Assembly: GCA_035295505.1 (NCBI GenBank)
Contig: DATGIX010000104.1
Location: 10,809-74,808 of the forward strand
Source: Puia sp.
Lineage (GTDB): Bacteria > Bacteroidota > Bacteroidia > Chitinophagales > Chitinophagaceae
DNA length: 64,000 nucleotides
Direction: 5' to 3'
The notes under the pieces are model-generated. The model was not told the origin of the DNA and did not search any database. It was given only the letters and a program-made list of their open reading frames with translations. How positions within the stretch are numbered: position 1 is the stretch's first letter; every line of letters starts with the position of its first letter. The translations under genes were made by a program, and so were the position numbers. Of the stretch, positions 29,857 through 40,931 are shown in pieces.

Positions 29857-30411
29857 TTATTTACCAGCAGCTTTACCAGCTTTCTTGCGAACCACTTCAC
29901 CCACATAGCGAACACCTTTTCCTTTGTATGGCTCTGGTTTGCGAAGCCCGCGGATTTTTGCAGCAACCTGACCAATCAATTGTTTGTCGATTCCTTCTAA
30001 AGAAATTTTCGGGTTCTCTCCTTTTTCCTGCGCTGTTGCTACTTTCAATTCTTTTGGGATTTCGAAAATGATATTATGAGAATATCCTAATGACAAATCC
30101 AATAAATTCCCCTGATTAGAAGCTTTGAAACCTACACCGATTAATTCAAGCTTTCTTGTATAACCTTCGGTAACTCCTTTCACCATGTTTGAAATCAAAG
30201 AACGATATAAGCCATGCAATGCACGATGGCGAATTTGGTCAGTAGGGCGAGTAAATTCAACCTGTCCATCTTTCACTTCAGCTTTTATATCGCGGTCAAG
30301 TGCTTGTTTCAATTCACCTTTTGGTCCTTTCACGCTAATCACATTATCAGCACTAACGGTGATGGTTACCCCATTTGGAACTGCTACCGGTTTTTTTCCT
30401 ATACGAGACAT
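29857..30411 (-). CDS. rplF: 50S ribosomal protein L6
   Basis: MSRIGKKP, RKPEPYKGKG. Confidence 0.98.
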   Translation of the reverse strand: MSRIGKKPVAVPNGVTITVSADNVISVKGPKGELKQALDRDIKAEVKDGQVEFTRPTDQIRHRALHGLYRSLISNMVKGVTEGYTRKLELIGVGFKASNQGNLLDLSLGYSHNIIFEIPKELKVATAQEKGENPKISLEGIDKQLIGQVAAKIRGLRKPEPYKGKGVRYVGEVVRKKAGKAAGK

Positions 30412-30538
30412 ATCAGTTTGTTGTTTATAGTTTGTTGTTGTTAGTTCTTTGACCGGTCAGCCTTGATATGAAAGGCTTAATGTATCAGGAACTGTTATCT
30501 CAAAAATCTTTTAATCCTGCAAATCCAGGTTCAGACAA

Positions 30539-30937
30539 TTAATAAATGTAGCAAAGAACTTCTCCGCCTACATTTTGCGCCTTCGCTTCTTTATCAGTCA
30601 TCACACCTTTTGATGTGGAGATGATAGCAACGCCTAATCCATTTTTCACACGCACAAATTCTGCAGGGCTCGCATATTGGCGAAGACCCGGACGGCTCAC
30701 TCTTTCAAGCGATTTGATTGCAGGCTCTTTCGTTTGCGGATCATACTTCAAAGCGATTTTGATTACGCCTTGCTTAGTATCATCCTCAAATTTATATTTC
30801 AGGATATATCCTTTGTCGTATAAAATTTCTGTTATACGCTTTTTCAGATTAGACGCAGGAATCTCAACAATACGGTGATTAGCCATCTGCGCGTTGCGCA
30901 CTCTCGTCAAATAATCTGCAATTGGATCTGTAACCAT
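30539..30937 (-). CDS. rpsH: 30S ribosomal protein S8
   Basis: [32 protein letters not shown]; start at 30937. Confidence 0.97.
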   Translation of the reverse strand: MVTDPIADYLTRVRNAQMANHRIVEIPASNLKKRITEILYDKGYILKYKFEDDTKQGVIKIALKYDPQTKEPAIKSLERVSRPGLRQYASPAEFVRVKNGLGVAIISTSKGVMTDKEAKAQNVGGEVLCYIY

Positions 30938-31020
30938 TTTTATCTCTTTGAATAATTTTAAAAATTCTTTTGTCATCGGTCCTCAGTCTGCGGACTGCCG
31001 ACTGATAACTGCGGACTGTT

Positions 31021-31290
31021 TTACCAGCTCGCTTTTCTTACGCCCGGGATTTTTCCAGCCAATGCCATGTCACGGAAAACCAATCTCGAAACACCGAAGT
31101 ATCTCATATAACCTCTTGGTCTGCCTGTTAACTGGCAACGATTTTTCAGGCGCACAGGAGATGCATTTTTAGGAAGCAAATCCAAAGCTGCATAATCGCC
31201 TGCTGCTTTTAAAGCCGCACGTTTATCAGCATATTTTGCTACTAATGCTTCTCTTTTTTTCTGCCTGGCTTTTACTGACTCTTTCGCCAT
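31021..31290 (-). CDS. rpsN: 30S ribosomal protein S14 (non-zinc-ribbon form)
   Basis: [23 protein letters not shown]; only one Cys. Confidence 0.97.
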   Translation of the reverse strand: MAKESVKARQKKREALVAKYADKRAALKAAGDYAALDLLPKNASPVRLKNRCQLTGRPRGYMRYFGVSRLVFRDMALAGKIPGVRKASW

Positions 31291-31315
31291 TTTGTGTTTT
31301 TATTTTAATGAACGA

Positions 31316-31888
31316 TTAATCTTTTTTTGCAGCATTCCTGAATGGCATACCCAATTCTTTCAACAATTCGTATGCTTCTTCATTTGTGTTTGCTGTTGTC
31401 ACAAATGTGATATCCATGCCCGTTATCTTCGTTACTTTATCGATATCCACTTCAGGGAAAATGATTTGCTCAGTAATACCCAATGTGTAATTACCACGAC
31501 CATCAAATGATTTTTCATTCACGCCTTTGAAATCGCGCACACGTGGCAATGCTGTTGATACAAGCCTGTCAAGAAATTCATACATCTTCTCGCCGCGCAA
31601 TGTTACTCTTGCACCAATCGGAATATTTTTTCTCAACTTGAAGTTGGAGATATCTTTAGTAGACATAGTCGCTACAGCTTTCTGACCTGTGATTAATGTC
31701 AGCTCATCAAGTGCTACATCAACTAATTTTTTGTCGCTTACTGCTCCATTCACACCTCGGTTCAAACAAATTTTTTCAAGTCTTGGAGCTTGCATGATGG
31801 TGCTGTATCCAAATTTTTTCATCAGCGTAGGCACCACTTCATTTTTGTACTTGCCGATTAATCTCGGAGAATATTTTTCTGTGCTCAT
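31316..31888 (-). CDS. rplE: 50S ribosomal protein L5
   Basis: [26 protein letters not shown]. Confidence 0.98.
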   Translation of the reverse strand: MSTEKYSPRLIGKYKNEVVPTLMKKFGYSTIMQAPRLEKICLNRGVNGAVSDKKLVDVALDELTLITGQKAVATMSTKDISNFKLRKNIPIGARVTLRGEKMYEFLDRLVSTALPRVRDFKGVNEKSFDGRGNYTLGITEQIIFPEVDIDKVTKITGMDITFVTTANTNEEAYELLKELGMPFRNAAKKD

Positions 31889-32226
31889 TATTTAATGACC
31901 CCCTCTGATTTTTTTGATATGCGAACTAATTTTCCGTTCTCTCTTGTGCGTTTCACTTTGGTTGCTTCGCCGGCTTTTGCATCCCACAACATTACATTTG
32001 AAATGTGGATAGCAGCCTCAATTTTCACAATGCCACCTTTTGTGTTCTGCGCAGAAGGCTTTGTGTGTTTCGTTACGATGTTCGCACCTTCCACAAGCAC
32101 CTTCGCTTTGTCAGGAAAAACTTCCAGCACTTTGCGAGGCTTCTTCAAATCCTTATCGTCGCCAGCAATCACCACTACGCTGTCGCCTTTTTTAATATTA
32201 AACTTCGGTTTAAATCTGTTGCTCAT
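31888..32226 (-). CDS. rplX: 50S ribosomal protein L24
   Basis: [24 protein letters not shown]. Confidence 0.97.
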   Translation of the reverse strand: MSNRFKPKFNIKKGDSVVVIAGDDKDLKKPRKVLEVFPDKAKVLVEGANIVTKHTKPSAQNTKGGIVKIEAAIHISNVMLWDAKAGEATKVKRTRENGKLVRISKKSEGVIK

Positions 32227-32233
32227 TTTTAAA

Positions 32234-32337
32234 AGTTTCCAGTTTACAATTTTCAGTTTCCAGTTCTTTAGTTTTAAGTTTCATTTTAAATTTCAAATTT
32301 GCAGAACCGGAAACTTGAAACCAGAAACTCGAAACTA
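32234..32337. repeat. Heptamer-periodic inverted repeat between rplN and rplX
   Basis: agtttcc agtttac aattttc agtttcc ... gaaactt gaaacca gaaactc gaaacta. Confidence 0.75.
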
Positions 32338-32341
32338 TTTT

Positions 32342-32710
32342 CTACAGCACTTCAGGTGCTAATGAAATAATTTTCATGTATCCTTTATCACGAAGCTCTC
32401 TTGCAACCGGCCCGAAAATACGTGTACCTCTTGGCTCTTCGGATTGGTTCAGCAACACCACTGCGTTATCATCAAACCTGATATAAGAACCGTCTTTGCG
32501 GCGCAATTTGTTTTTTGTGCGAACAATAACAGCTTTCGTTACAGTTCCTTTTTTAATGCCACCTGCAGGCAATGCATCTTTCACAGTCACAACAATCTTG
32601 TCGCCGATTTTCGCATAATCCTGACCACTGTTCCCAAGCACTCGGATGCAAAGAACTTCTTTGGCACCGCTGTTGTCTGCTACGTTTAGTCTGCTTTCTT
32701 GCTGAATCAT
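32342..32710 (-). CDS. rplN: 50S ribosomal protein L14
   Basis: [29 protein letters not shown]. Confidence 0.98.
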   Translation of the reverse strand: MIQQESRLNVADNSGAKEVLCIRVLGNSGQDYAKIGDKIVVTVKDALPAGGIKKGTVTKAVIVRTKNKLRRKDGSYIRFDDNAVVLLNQSEEPRGTRIFGPVARELRDKGYMKIISLAPEVL

Positions 32711-32787
32711 TTTATTTCGCTTTGTGCTTATAGTTTCAGTCTACAAGCAATTTATTACTACTAATCTTTTACTTCTTACAGTTTCTT

Positions 32788-33045
32788 CTACTTAGCTTTC
32801 TCGATCACTTCCACCAATCTCCAACGCTTTGTTTTGCTAAGCGGGCGGCTTTCCATAATCTTCACAATGTCGCCAACTGTGCACTCGTTCTTTTCATCGT
32901 GTGCATGAAAACTGGTTGTTTTCTTTACAAACTTCCCATAGATAGGATGCTTTACTCTTCTTTCAACAGTAACGGTAATGGTCTTGTCCATTTTGTTGCT
33001 CTTCACAACACCCGTTTTTGTTTTTCGCAAATTTCTTTCAGCCAT
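32788..33045 (-). CDS. rpsQ: 30S ribosomal protein S17
   Basis: [22 protein letters not shown]. Confidence 0.98.
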   Translation of the reverse strand: MAERNLRKTKTGVVKSNKMDKTITVTVERRVKHPIYGKFVKKTTSFHAHDEKNECTVGDIVKIMESRPLSKTKRWRLVEVIEKAK

Positions 33046-33049
33046 TTTA

Positions 33050-33259
33050 TTAAGCTTTTGATTTCTTATTATTCAATTCTGTTTTTAGCCTCGCGATATC
33101 CTGCCTCAAAGAGCGGATGCTCATTGGGTTTTCCAATGGAGAGATAGCGTGCGCAAACTCTAATTTCTTCAATCTCAGTTCATCTTCCTGAATGCGCGAC
33201 TTCAAATCCACTTCGCTTAAATCTTTCAGGCTTTTTACAAAATCAATTCTCTTAGACAT
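33050..33259 (-). CDS. rpmC: 50S ribosomal protein L29
   Basis: [19 protein letters not shown]; synteny. Confidence 0.95.
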   Translation of the reverse strand: MSKRIDFVKSLKDLSEVDLKSRIQEDELRLKKLEFAHAISPLENPMSIRSLRQDIARLKTELNNKKSKA

Positions 33260-33281
33260 TGTATATCTCTTTTATAAATTT

Positions 33282-33716
33282 TTATTTAGCAGCAACAATC
33301 GCAACTGCATCGCGGCGAACAACAAATTTTGTTTTGATGGGCAATTTCTGCGCAGCCAGATGCAACGCTTCTTTTGCTGTTTGTTCAGGAACGCCATCAG
33401 CTTCAAACAAAATTCTTCCTGGCTCAACTACAGCAGCCCAATATTCAGGGTTACCTTTACCTTTACCCATTCTCACTTCAAGTGGCTTCTTAGTGATTGG
33501 CTTGTCAGGAAATATTCTTATCCAAACATTCCCTTCACGTTTCATGTGGCGTGTTAGTGCCTGGCGAGCAGCTTCAAGCTGACGGTTTGTTAACCATATT
33601 GCTTCGAGTGCTTTCAATCCATAAGAACCAAATGCAATAGAGCTTCCTCTTTTTGCAGTCTCGCGGATTCTGCCTTTCTGCCCTTTCCTATGTTTCGATC
33701 TTTTCGGTTGTAACAT
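33282..33716 (-). CDS. rplP: 50S ribosomal protein L16
   Basis: [20 protein letters not shown]. Confidence 0.98.
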   Translation of the reverse strand: MLQPKRSKHRKGQKGRIRETAKRGSSIAFGSYGLKALEAIWLTNRQLEAARQALTRHMKREGNVWIRIFPDKPITKKPLEVRMGKGKGNPEYWAAVVEPGRILFEADGVPEQTAKEALHLAAQKLPIKTKFVVRRDAVAIVAAK

Positions 33717-33720
33717 GTTC

Positions 33721-33835
33721 AGTTCCTAGTTTTGAGTTTCGAGTATCGAGTTTCAGCTCTTTACTTCAAAACAAATGTTCTAATTTTTATTAAGCGTTCC
33801 GGAAACTATAAACTTGAAACCGGAAACTGTAAACT
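33721..33835. repeat. Heptamer-periodic inverted repeat between rpsC and rplP
   Basis: agttcct agttttg agtttcg agtatcg ... ggaaact ataaact tgaaacc ggaaact gtaaact. Confidence 0.75.
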
Positions 33836-34660
33836 TTAATGTCTTCTATCTCCACCGCCACGTCCGCCTCTGTCGCCGCCACCTCTTCTATCACCTCTGT
33901 CACCGCCGCGTCCGCCTCTGTCATCTCTTCTATCACGATGGTCGTCTCTTCTTCCACCACCATCTCTTCTATCGCCGGCATTAGAACCGCCTTCTTTTCC
34001 ACCAACAAAATTCGGATTCAAATCTCTCTTAGCTAAAACTTCGCCTTTGCAAATCCAGACTTTGATACCAATCTTTCCATATACTGTTTGTGCAAACACG
34101 CTTGCATAATCAATATCCATACGAAGCGTGTGCAACGGAGTTCTCCCTTGTTTGATTTCTTCTGAGCGCGCAATTTCATTACCACCCAAACGACCACTCA
34201 CTTTCACTTTAATACCTTCCGCTCCCATGCGCAATGAAGACGCGATTGCCATTTTAATAGCACGTTTGTAGTTGATACGGTTTTCAATTTGTCTTGCAAT
34301 CGTATCGCCAACAATATTTGCATCCAGCTCAGGACGGCGGATTTCCAGAATATTAATCTGAACATCATCTTTGCCTGTAAGCTTTTTCAATTCTTCTTTG
34401 ATACGGTCAACTTCGCCACCACCTTTACCAATGATGATACCAGGCTTTGAAGTGTGAATCGTTACAATGAGTTTATTAAGCGTGCGCTCAATAACAATTT
34501 TTGCAATGCCACCTTTATTGATACGTGCGTTGAGATAAGTTCTGATTTTATTATCTTCAATCAATTTGGATGCATAATCTTTTTTGCTTCCAAACCAGTT
34601 AGATTCCCACCCGCGGATGATACCCAACCTTGCACCAATAGGATTTGTTTTTTGGCCCAT
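33836..34660 (-). CDS. rpsC: 30S ribosomal protein S3 with RG/D-rich C-terminal tail
   Basis: [22 protein letters not shown]. Confidence 0.98.
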   Translation of the reverse strand: MGQKTNPIGARLGIIRGWESNWFGSKKDYASKLIEDNKIRTYLNARINKGGIAKIVIERTLNKLIVTIHTSKPGIIIGKGGGEVDRIKEELKKLTGKDDVQINILEIRRPELDANIVGDTIARQIENRINYKRAIKMAIASSLRMGAEGIKVKVSGRLGGNEIARSEEIKQGRTPLHTLRMDIDYASVFAQTVYGKIGIKVWICKGEVLAKRDLNPNFVGGKEGGSNAGDRRDGGGRRDDHRDRRDDRGGRGGDRGDRRGGGDRGGRGGGDRRH

Positions 34661-34681
34661 ATTATGCTTTAATGTGTTTTA

Positions 34682-35044
34682 TTAATTTTTTGATTCGGCA
34701 ATTGCTTTTACATCTACGATAATCGTTACGTGGTTGCTGCGCTTGCGAACGCGATAGCCACGACCTTGCGGTGCAGGGCGCATGCGCTTGAGCACTCTTC
34801 CATTATCTACAAAAACTGTTTTCACAACGAGGCTTGCATCGGCTGCGCTCTTTCCTTCATTCTTTTGTTCCCAGTTCTTCACTGCGCTCCATAATAATTT
34901 ATGAAGAGGAGTTGAAGAATGCTGTGGATGATGTTCCAACAAAGCCAATGCTTTTTCAACATGCAACCCGCGAATTTCATCAGCCAGCAAACGCATTTTG
35001 CGGGGCGATGTCGGGTAATTTCTCAATTTAGCTACTGCTTCCAT
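34682..35044 (-). CDS. rplV: 50S ribosomal protein L22
   Basis: SPRKMRLLAD, KRMRPAPQGR. Confidence 0.98.
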   Translation of the reverse strand: MEAVAKLRNYPTSPRKMRLLADEIRGLHVEKALALLEHHPQHSSTPLHKLLWSAVKNWEQKNEGKSAADASLVVKTVFVDNGRVLKRMRPAPQGRGYRVRKRSNHVTIIVDVKAIAESKN

Positions 35045-35052
35045 TTTTATTT

Positions 35053-35119
35053 AGTTTCGAGTTCAGAGTTCGGAGTTCAGAGTCTGCGTTTCCCGACTCA
35101 CAACTCTCGACTAAGAACT
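35053..35119. repeat. Heptamer-periodic inverted repeat between rpsS and rplV
   Basis: agtttcg agttcag agttcgg agttcag ... cccgact cacaact ctcgact aagaact. Confidence 0.7.
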
Positions 35120-35121
35120 GT

Positions 35122-35394
35122 TTAAGCTATTTTTTTACTAGAATGTCCTTTGAACTGGCGTGTTGGTGCAAACTCACCGAGCTTATGACCAACCATAAAT
35201 TCTGTTACATACACAGGAATAAATTTATTTCCGTTGTGCACCGCCAATGTATGTCCTACGAAATCAGGAGTAATCGTTGAACGACGGCTCCATGTTTTAA
35301 GAACACCTTTTTTTAATTTTCCTTCATTAATGCTCAACACCTTTTTTTCGAGGTTTGCATCAACATAAGGACCTTTTTTAATTGAACGAGCCAT
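35122..35394 (-). CDS. rpsS: 30S ribosomal protein S19
   Basis: [31 protein letters not shown]. Confidence 0.98.
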   Translation of the reverse strand: MARSIKKGPYVDANLEKKVLSINEGKLKKGVLKTWSRRSTITPDFVGHTLAVHNGNKFIPVYVTEFMVGHKLGEFAPTRQFKGHSSKKIA

Positions 35395-35456
35395 GTTTAA
35401 ATTATAATTTGATAATTGGATAATGTGATGATGAAATCAGATTATCACTTCAAAAT

Positions 35457-36296
35457 TTATTGAGATAATTTTTTACCGTTCTTTCTCTGGATAATGAACT
35501 TGTCAGTTCCTTTTCCTTTCGTTCTTGTCTTCAATCCTCTTGAATATTGTCCGTTTCTAGAACGAGGCTGACCTCCTGATGCTTTACCTTCACCACCGCC
35601 CATTGGATGGTCAACTGGGTTCATCGCCACACCGCGGTTTCTCGGGCGAATTCCTCTCCAGCGATTACGTCCTGCTTTACCCATGCTCTGCAAATTGTGG
35701 TCGCTGTTTGAAACAACTCCAACAGTTGCATAACAGTTAATCAAAACTTTTCTCAACTCACCGGAAGGCATTTTGAGAACTGCATATTTTTCTTCTTTGT
35801 TAGTAAGCTGCGCAGAAGTTCCTGCGCTGCGAACTAATTTTCCACCCTGACCAGGTTGCATTTCGATATTATGAATGTTCGTACCAAGCGGCATGAATTT
35901 CATTTGCAATGCATTTCCGAGTTCAGGTGCGACATCATCACCAGAGGTAACGGTGGCGCCTACCTGCAAACCTTGCGGAGCGATGATATATCTCTTTTCT
36001 CCATCAGCATAATTCAACAATGCGATGAATGCACTTCTGTTCGGGTCATATTCTATTGATGCAACTGTAGCCGGAATATTTTTCTTGCTTCTTTTGAAAT
36101 CGATAATGCGGTACATTTTTTTGTGACCACCACCAATGTAGCGCATTGCTCTTCTGCCCTGAGCGTTTCTTCCGCCTGTTGATTTTACTTTTTCAACCAG
36201 CGTTTTTTCAGGAACATCATGTGTAACTTCAACATACGCGTTGCCAATTCTCCAACGTGTTCCTGCTGTAATCGGTTTATATTTTTTCAGTGCCAT
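35457..36296 (-). CDS. rplB: 50S ribosomal protein L2
   Basis: [25 protein letters not shown]. Confidence 0.99.
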   Translation of the reverse strand: MALKKYKPITAGTRWRIGNAYVEVTHDVPEKTLVEKVKSTGGRNAQGRRAMRYIGGGHKKMYRIIDFKRSKKNIPATVASIEYDPNRSAFIALLNYADGEKRYIIAPQGLQVGATVTSGDDVAPELGNALQMKFMPLGTNIHNIEMQPGQGGKLVRSAGTSAQLTNKEEKYAVLKMPSGELRKVLINCYATVGVVSNSDHNLQSMGKAGRNRWRGIRPRNRGVAMNPVDHPMGGGEGKASGGQPRSRNGQYSRGLKTRTKGKGTDKFIIQRKNGKKLSQ

Positions 36297-36341
36297 AATC
36301 TATTCAACTTTTGCGGCAGTTGATGCCATTCATTTTTTAAA

Positions 36342-36641
36342 TTAGATGTTAGAATACAAATCAATGGTTTCGCCTTCAGCAATTGTTACCAATGCTTTTT
36401 TGTAAGATGGCTTGCGACCTTCTACAGTGCCGGCTTTCGTGAAACGTGATTTGTGTTTTGCCGGAACAATTACTGTGTTCACATCAACAATCGTCACTCC
36501 GTAAAATCCTTCCACAGCTTTTTTGATTTCCAGCTTGTTCGCCTTTCTGTTCACTCTGAAAGCATATCTTCTCAACTTCTCTTGCTGTGCATTTGCTTTC
36601 TCTGTGAGTATCGGCTTTATTAAAACTTCAGAAAGTTTCAT
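36342..36641 (-). CDS. rplW: 50S ribosomal protein L23
   Basis: KPILTEKA, ANKLEIKKAVE, YKKALVT. Confidence 0.97.
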   Translation of the reverse strand: MKLSEVLIKPILTEKANAQQEKLRRYAFRVNRKANKLEIKKAVEGFYGVTIVDVNTVIVPAKHKSRFTKAGTVEGRKPSYKKALVTIAEGETIDLYSNI

Positions 36642-36669
36642 TTTTATGTAGTTTGAAATTCTTTATTAA

Positions 36670-37305
36670 TTATTCGTCTCCTGTTTGATTATCAGAAAAA
36701 ACTTTAGCAGCACTTTCTGACAGCACCAACACATCAGCGTTCACAATATCATACGTATTCATATCAGCCAATAAAGCACTGTTCACTTTTTCAACATTGC
36801 GCAGGCTGAGGTATAAATTATCATTGTACTCAGGGAATACAAATAAGGTTTTCTTATTAGCAACATCTAAGCTTTTCAAAATGCTAATGAATTCTTTTGT
36901 TTTTGGCTTATCCAATTTGATATCTTCCAAAACAACAATCGAATTTGTTTTTGCTTTATGTGAAAGCGAAGACATTTTTGCGAGGTCTTTCACTTTGCGA
37001 TTCAATTTAAAATCCCAGCTATGCGGCTTAGGGCCAAACACCGTACCACCACCTTTGTATAATGGGTTACGGATATTTCCTTTACGAGAGCCACCTGTTC
37101 CTTTTTGCTTGTGCAATTTTTTAGAAGAACCCTTCACCTCCATACGAGTCTTCACCTTGTGTGTTCCCTGGCGCTGTGCTGCGAGATATTGCTTCACTGC
37201 GAGGTAAACCACATGCTCATTAGGTTCGATGCCAAAAATTTCTTCTGGCAACTCAACTGTTCTGCCGGTTTTCTTTCCTTTTATATCTAAAACTTCTGCT
37301 TGCAT
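36670..37305 (-). CDS. rplD: 50S ribosomal protein L4
   Basis: RQGTHKVKTR, KQKGTGGSR, GGGTVFGPKP. Confidence 0.98.
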   Translation of the reverse strand: MQAEVLDIKGKKTGRTVELPEEIFGIEPNEHVVYLAVKQYLAAQRQGTHKVKTRMEVKGSSKKLHKQKGTGGSRKGNIRNPLYKGGGTVFGPKPHSWDFKLNRKVKDLAKMSSLSHKAKTNSIVVLEDIKLDKPKTKEFISILKSLDVANKKTLFVFPEYNDNLYLSLRNVEKVNSALLADMNTYDIVNADVLVLSESAAKVFSDNQTGDE

Positions 37306-37333
37306 TTTCTTTTATTTAAAACCTGATGGTTTA

Positions 37334-37951
37334 TTATTTCTGTATGTAAACGATTGAACCAATATGACCCGGAACCGAGCCGCTGATAAGAATGTAGTTT
37401 TTCTCGGGGAAAATTTTTACAACCTTCAAGCTTTTTATTTTCACTCTGTCAGCACCCATTCTTCCAGCCATGCGAACACCTTTCATTACACGTGATGCAT
37501 CAGATGAGTTACCAAGGGAACCCGGAGCACGCTGACGGTCATGCTGACCATGCGATTGCTGACCAACACCGTGGAATCCGTGGCGTTTTACTACACCCTG
37601 GAAACCTTTACCTTTTGTTGTGCCAACCACATTCACTTTTTCGCCTTCTGCGAAAATGTCAACTGTGATAGATTCACCTAAATTTTTTTCTATCGAGAAA
37701 TCACGGAATTCTTTGACGAATTTTTTGGGAGCTGTGCTTGATTTGGCGAAGTGATTTTTTTCTGAGGAGATGCTGTGTTTTTCATTCTTGTCGCCGAAAC
37801 CTAATTGAAGAGCGCTGTAACCATCATTATCTTTTGTTTTCACCTGTGTAACAACACAAGGTCCTGCTTCGATGATGGTGCAGGAAGTCTGCTTGCCATC
37901 GGGACTGAAGATGCTGGTCATCCCAATTTTCTTGCCGATAATACCTTTCAT
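37334..37951 (-). CDS. rplC: 50S ribosomal protein L3
   Basis: [12 protein letters not shown] (start 37951), [12 protein letters not shown]. Confidence 0.98.
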   Translation of the reverse strand: MKGIIGKKIGMTSIFSPDGKQTSCTIIEAGPCVVTQVKTKDNDGYSALQLGFGDKNEKHSISSEKNHFAKSSTAPKKFVKEFRDFSIEKNLGESITVDIFAEGEKVNVVGTTKGKGFQGVVKRHGFHGVGQQSHGQHDRQRAPGSLGNSSDASRVMKGVRMAGRMGADRVKIKSLKVVKIFPEKNYILISGSVPGHIGSIVYIQK

Positions 37952-38224
37952 TTTTTTCTGTTTGCGCCGTAGGTATAAGGACAATCATTGGCTTTCCAAT
38001 TGATGGAAAAGCAAGATTTCAATCCCTCGTTTGCTGCTGACCTTTTCTGTTAGATGAACTGATTCATCAGAAGTACCAGCAGTAAACAAACCCGGAACGG
38101 CTTGTTCATATGTATCTTTCTTTGCAGAAAGAGTTTATAATTTTAAAATCCAGCGCTGCTTTATTTGTGAAACCTTCACAAGGTTTGCAGATAGATTATA
38201 TAAAGAACTTTAAATCCTTAGTCG

Positions 38225-38530
38225 TCAGGCTTTGATCTCAACATCCACACCACTTGGCAAATCCAATTTTGAAAGCGCATCTACTGTTCTTGAAGAAGAA
38301 GTGTAGATGTCCAGCAAACGCTTGTGCGTGTGCAACTGGAACTGTTCACGAGCTTTCTTGTTCACGTGTGGCGAGCGCAAAACGGTGAAGATTTTCTTTT
38401 TAGTAGGTAAAGGAATAGGACCTGTAACTACTGCACCTGTGCTGCGCACGGTTTTTACGATTTTCTCGGCAGATTTATCTACCAAGTTATGGTCGTATGA
38501 CTGTAATTTGATTCTGATACGTTGAGACAT
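38225..38530 (-). CDS. rpsJ: 30S ribosomal protein S10
   Basis: [34 protein letters not shown]. Confidence 0.98.
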   Translation of the reverse strand: MSQRIRIKLQSYDHNLVDKSAEKIVKTVRSTGAVVTGPIPLPTKKKIFTVLRSPHVNKKAREQFQLHTHKRLLDIYTSSSRTVDALSKLDLPSGVDVEIKA

Positions 38531-38559
38531 AGCCAAAACCCATTTTTGGAATGGGAGTG

Positions 38560-38567
38560 CAAAGGTA
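38560..38567 (-). promoter_or_regulatory. -7 promoter element of the S10 operon
   Basis: TACCTTTG, 29 nt upstream of the rpsJ ATG; short hairpin (cccatt..aatggg) in the leader. Confidence 0.8.
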
Positions 38568-38632
38568 AGGGTTGGTTATTAAACAGACAAAGTTTTAGAA
38601 TATTTTTTTGAGGATTTTCAGGCTAACCAAAA

Positions 38633-40807
38633 TTAAAGTCTTTTTAAGCCGACAATCAGGGAGGCAAATCCACCCGAAGCCGCCTGTTCAACCCTGATTA
38701 TATGTGCTCCTGCGCTTAAATTTAGCTGCACTCTTTTATGAGGCGATTCGTCAAAAAGAAATGTAACAGGCTTCCATTCATCAATAGCCAATGAATCGTC
38801 CACATAAATCCGAACGATATCATTCCATGTAACGTTCAGTTCATATTTGCCTGCTGTGACTTCCAACTTTCCGGTTGCTGAAGTAAAAAATTGCGGAAAG
38901 ATTTTGTTGGATTCTTTTAATCCGCCCCACCATGCATAATGCAAATCATTTGTTTGTTCAAGCTTGACAGATTCCTGCAAAACAATGGCTTTCATTTTTT
39001 CAGAAGTCTGAACCGGATTTGAAGAGCTGTCAAAAGCAAACCATTTCACAGACCATGAAATTGGCACGAATGGCTCTTTATAATCAAAATGATATAAAGT
39101 TCCGGCTTTAATCTTTTCTCCAAATTGAGTGGTAATTTCATCGCCAATAAATTCCATTTCAATCTCAACTCCGCTTTTCTCAACATTATTTTTTATTACT
39201 GTAATATGAGAAGGAACAGTTCCTTCTTTCAATGAAATATTTTTTGTTCCTTTTGATTGAATCATTTTCCAATTTCCTTTTGGGCCGAGAATATCGAATT
39301 GCAAAGTATCTGATTTGCTTAATGCATTTGTGTTCCAGATAATCGGAGAGCGAAAATCATAAGGGCCCCATTCCGTGATGCGTATTTCTTTTTTCCCTTT
39401 CGGATGAGATTTTGACAAAAATGCATTTTGAGGATTTTTGATTTCAGGAAGATTGATATCATCTTTTGTTTCTTGTATCAAAACAGGAACGTCGGTCATA
39501 TAAGCATTGCTGATAGTCGTGTCTTCCTTAAATAATGAATCACAATTTTTGTAATAATTATTTCTTCCCACCAAATCGGATGTGTTTGAAATATCATTTA
39601 CCAGATGTTCATGATTGAAAACATTGTCAGCAATCTCATATCGCATGCTCCGCACATCTCTGTTTTTTGCATAACCCCAATCTGCGGGTTGTTCTTTTTT
39701 TCCCCAAATCTTTATGGATATTTTATTGTCACGAAAATTGTTGCTTAGAATTTTATTATCCTGACCTTGCTCGATAGCAATAGCAGTTTTGTTCCCGATG
39801 ATTTCATTTTTTCTGATTAATGTATTATAGCTGTATCCACCCCAAATTCCATTATCACATTCTTCAATTTTATTTTTGATGATTTTATTTCTGCTGAATG
39901 TCAGTTCCACTCCATTTGTCGGTGCATAAGAAAAGTCATTTCGATAGAGGAGATTATCATTGCAACCTCCTTTTCCGGTATCCATAGTTGTTTGTCCTGC
40001 CCATAAAAAAAATCCATCACCGGAATGCGTTGCAGAATTGTACGCGAAAATATTTTCATTGCATTGCTCAAAAACTAAAATGGCTGCAGAGTCCTGGCCG
40101 CGATAATAAACACCAAAGCTAAAACCGCGCACATTCCAGTCGAGTTTATTATACATGATTTTGTTGCGGCTGCTTTTATATAAACCAATCCCGATTCCCG
40201 AATTGAAAGAAAAATCATTGTTATAAATCATCCCGTCATTGCACTCGGTCATCATTAATGCGCATTGTCCGCCAGTAATAATATTATTATCAATAACAGC
40301 TTTATCGCATCCGCGCAAATACATAGCAGCTCCATAACGCAGCCATTCATCTTTTTCGTTGTGGTGATAGCTCATCCAATCACTCACGTCTTCTTTTTGT
40401 AAAGTGCTATTCAAATGCTGGCGATAATTATAACTGAAATCGCAATGTTCAATGACCAAGCCTTCTACATTTCTTGCAATCAATGCAATCTTGTATCCTT
40501 TTGCGTTCAGGTTTTTTATGGTAATATTTTTCCCACCATTAATTAGAATGGCAATGCCATAAAATTCATCAGGCATTTGTTTGTCATTGCTTCCTTTCAT
40601 AGTTGCGCCGTTAAAGTCAACAACAATATCATTGCCTTCAATTTCAATCACTGGTGATTGAAAATCTTTGCTCGCGTCAAACTGATAATAGTCTTTTTTG
40701 ATTTTCATTGAAGCATTAATCTTCATTCCATTTTTCAGTTCTGTGAATTGAGAAAACGAATCGTTAGTGAGAAAGAAAACAAAGATTAATAAAACGAAGT
40801 TTTTCAT
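38633..40807 (-). CDS. Secreted right-handed beta-helix (NosD/pectin-lyase-like) protein with C-terminal PA14-like domain
   Basis: Asn-ladder repeats (NNIITGG, NNDFSFNSGIGI); C-terminal DIVRIYVDDSLAIDEW and GAHIIRVEQ; start 40807 with signal peptide. Confidence 0.7.
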   Translation of the reverse strand: MKNFVLLIFVFFLTNDSFSQFTELKNGMKINASMKIKKDYYQFDASKDFQSPVIEIEGNDIVVDFNGATMKGSNDKQMPDEFYGIAILINGGKNITIKNLNAKGYKIALIARNVEGLVIEHCDFSYNYRQHLNSTLQKEDVSDWMSYHHNEKDEWLRYGAAMYLRGCDKAVIDNNIITGGQCALMMTECNDGMIYNNDFSFNSGIGIGLYKSSRNKIMYNKLDWNVRGFSFGVYYRGQDSAAILVFEQCNENIFAYNSATHSGDGFFLWAGQTTMDTGKGGCNDNLLYRNDFSYAPTNGVELTFSRNKIIKNKIEECDNGIWGGYSYNTLIRKNEIIGNKTAIAIEQGQDNKILSNNFRDNKISIKIWGKKEQPADWGYAKNRDVRSMRYEIADNVFNHEHLVNDISNTSDLVGRNNYYKNCDSLFKEDTTISNAYMTDVPVLIQETKDDINLPEIKNPQNAFLSKSHPKGKKEIRITEWGPYDFRSPIIWNTNALSKSDTLQFDILGPKGNWKMIQSKGTKNISLKEGTVPSHITVIKNNVEKSGVEIEMEFIGDEITTQFGEKIKAGTLYHFDYKEPFVPISWSVKWFAFDSSSNPVQTSEKMKAIVLQESVKLEQTNDLHYAWWGGLKESNKIFPQFFTSATGKLEVTAGKYELNVTWNDIVRIYVDDSLAIDEWKPVTFLFDESPHKRVQLNLSAGAHIIRVEQAASGGFASLIVGLKRL

Positions 40808-40864
40808 ATTAGTCAGGCTGAATGATAAAGTTCCAGAATTAAAATAAGAAATGAGAAACAAAAA

Positions 40865-40907
40865 ATAAGGAATTAGAAAGTAGTCGCTCCACTTTCTAAT
40901 TCCTTAT
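40865..40907. repeat. Perfect 17-bp inverted repeat within heptamer-periodic flanks
   Basis: ataaggaattagaaagt-N9-actttctaattccttat. Confidence 0.7.
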
Positions 40908-40931
40908 TCCAAATTTCTTATTTCTAATTCC

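Noticed and set aside
33790-34036. Acidic low-complexity ORFs (33790-34008 and 33839-34036)
   Set aside because: Alternate-frame readings of the repetitive rpsC tail
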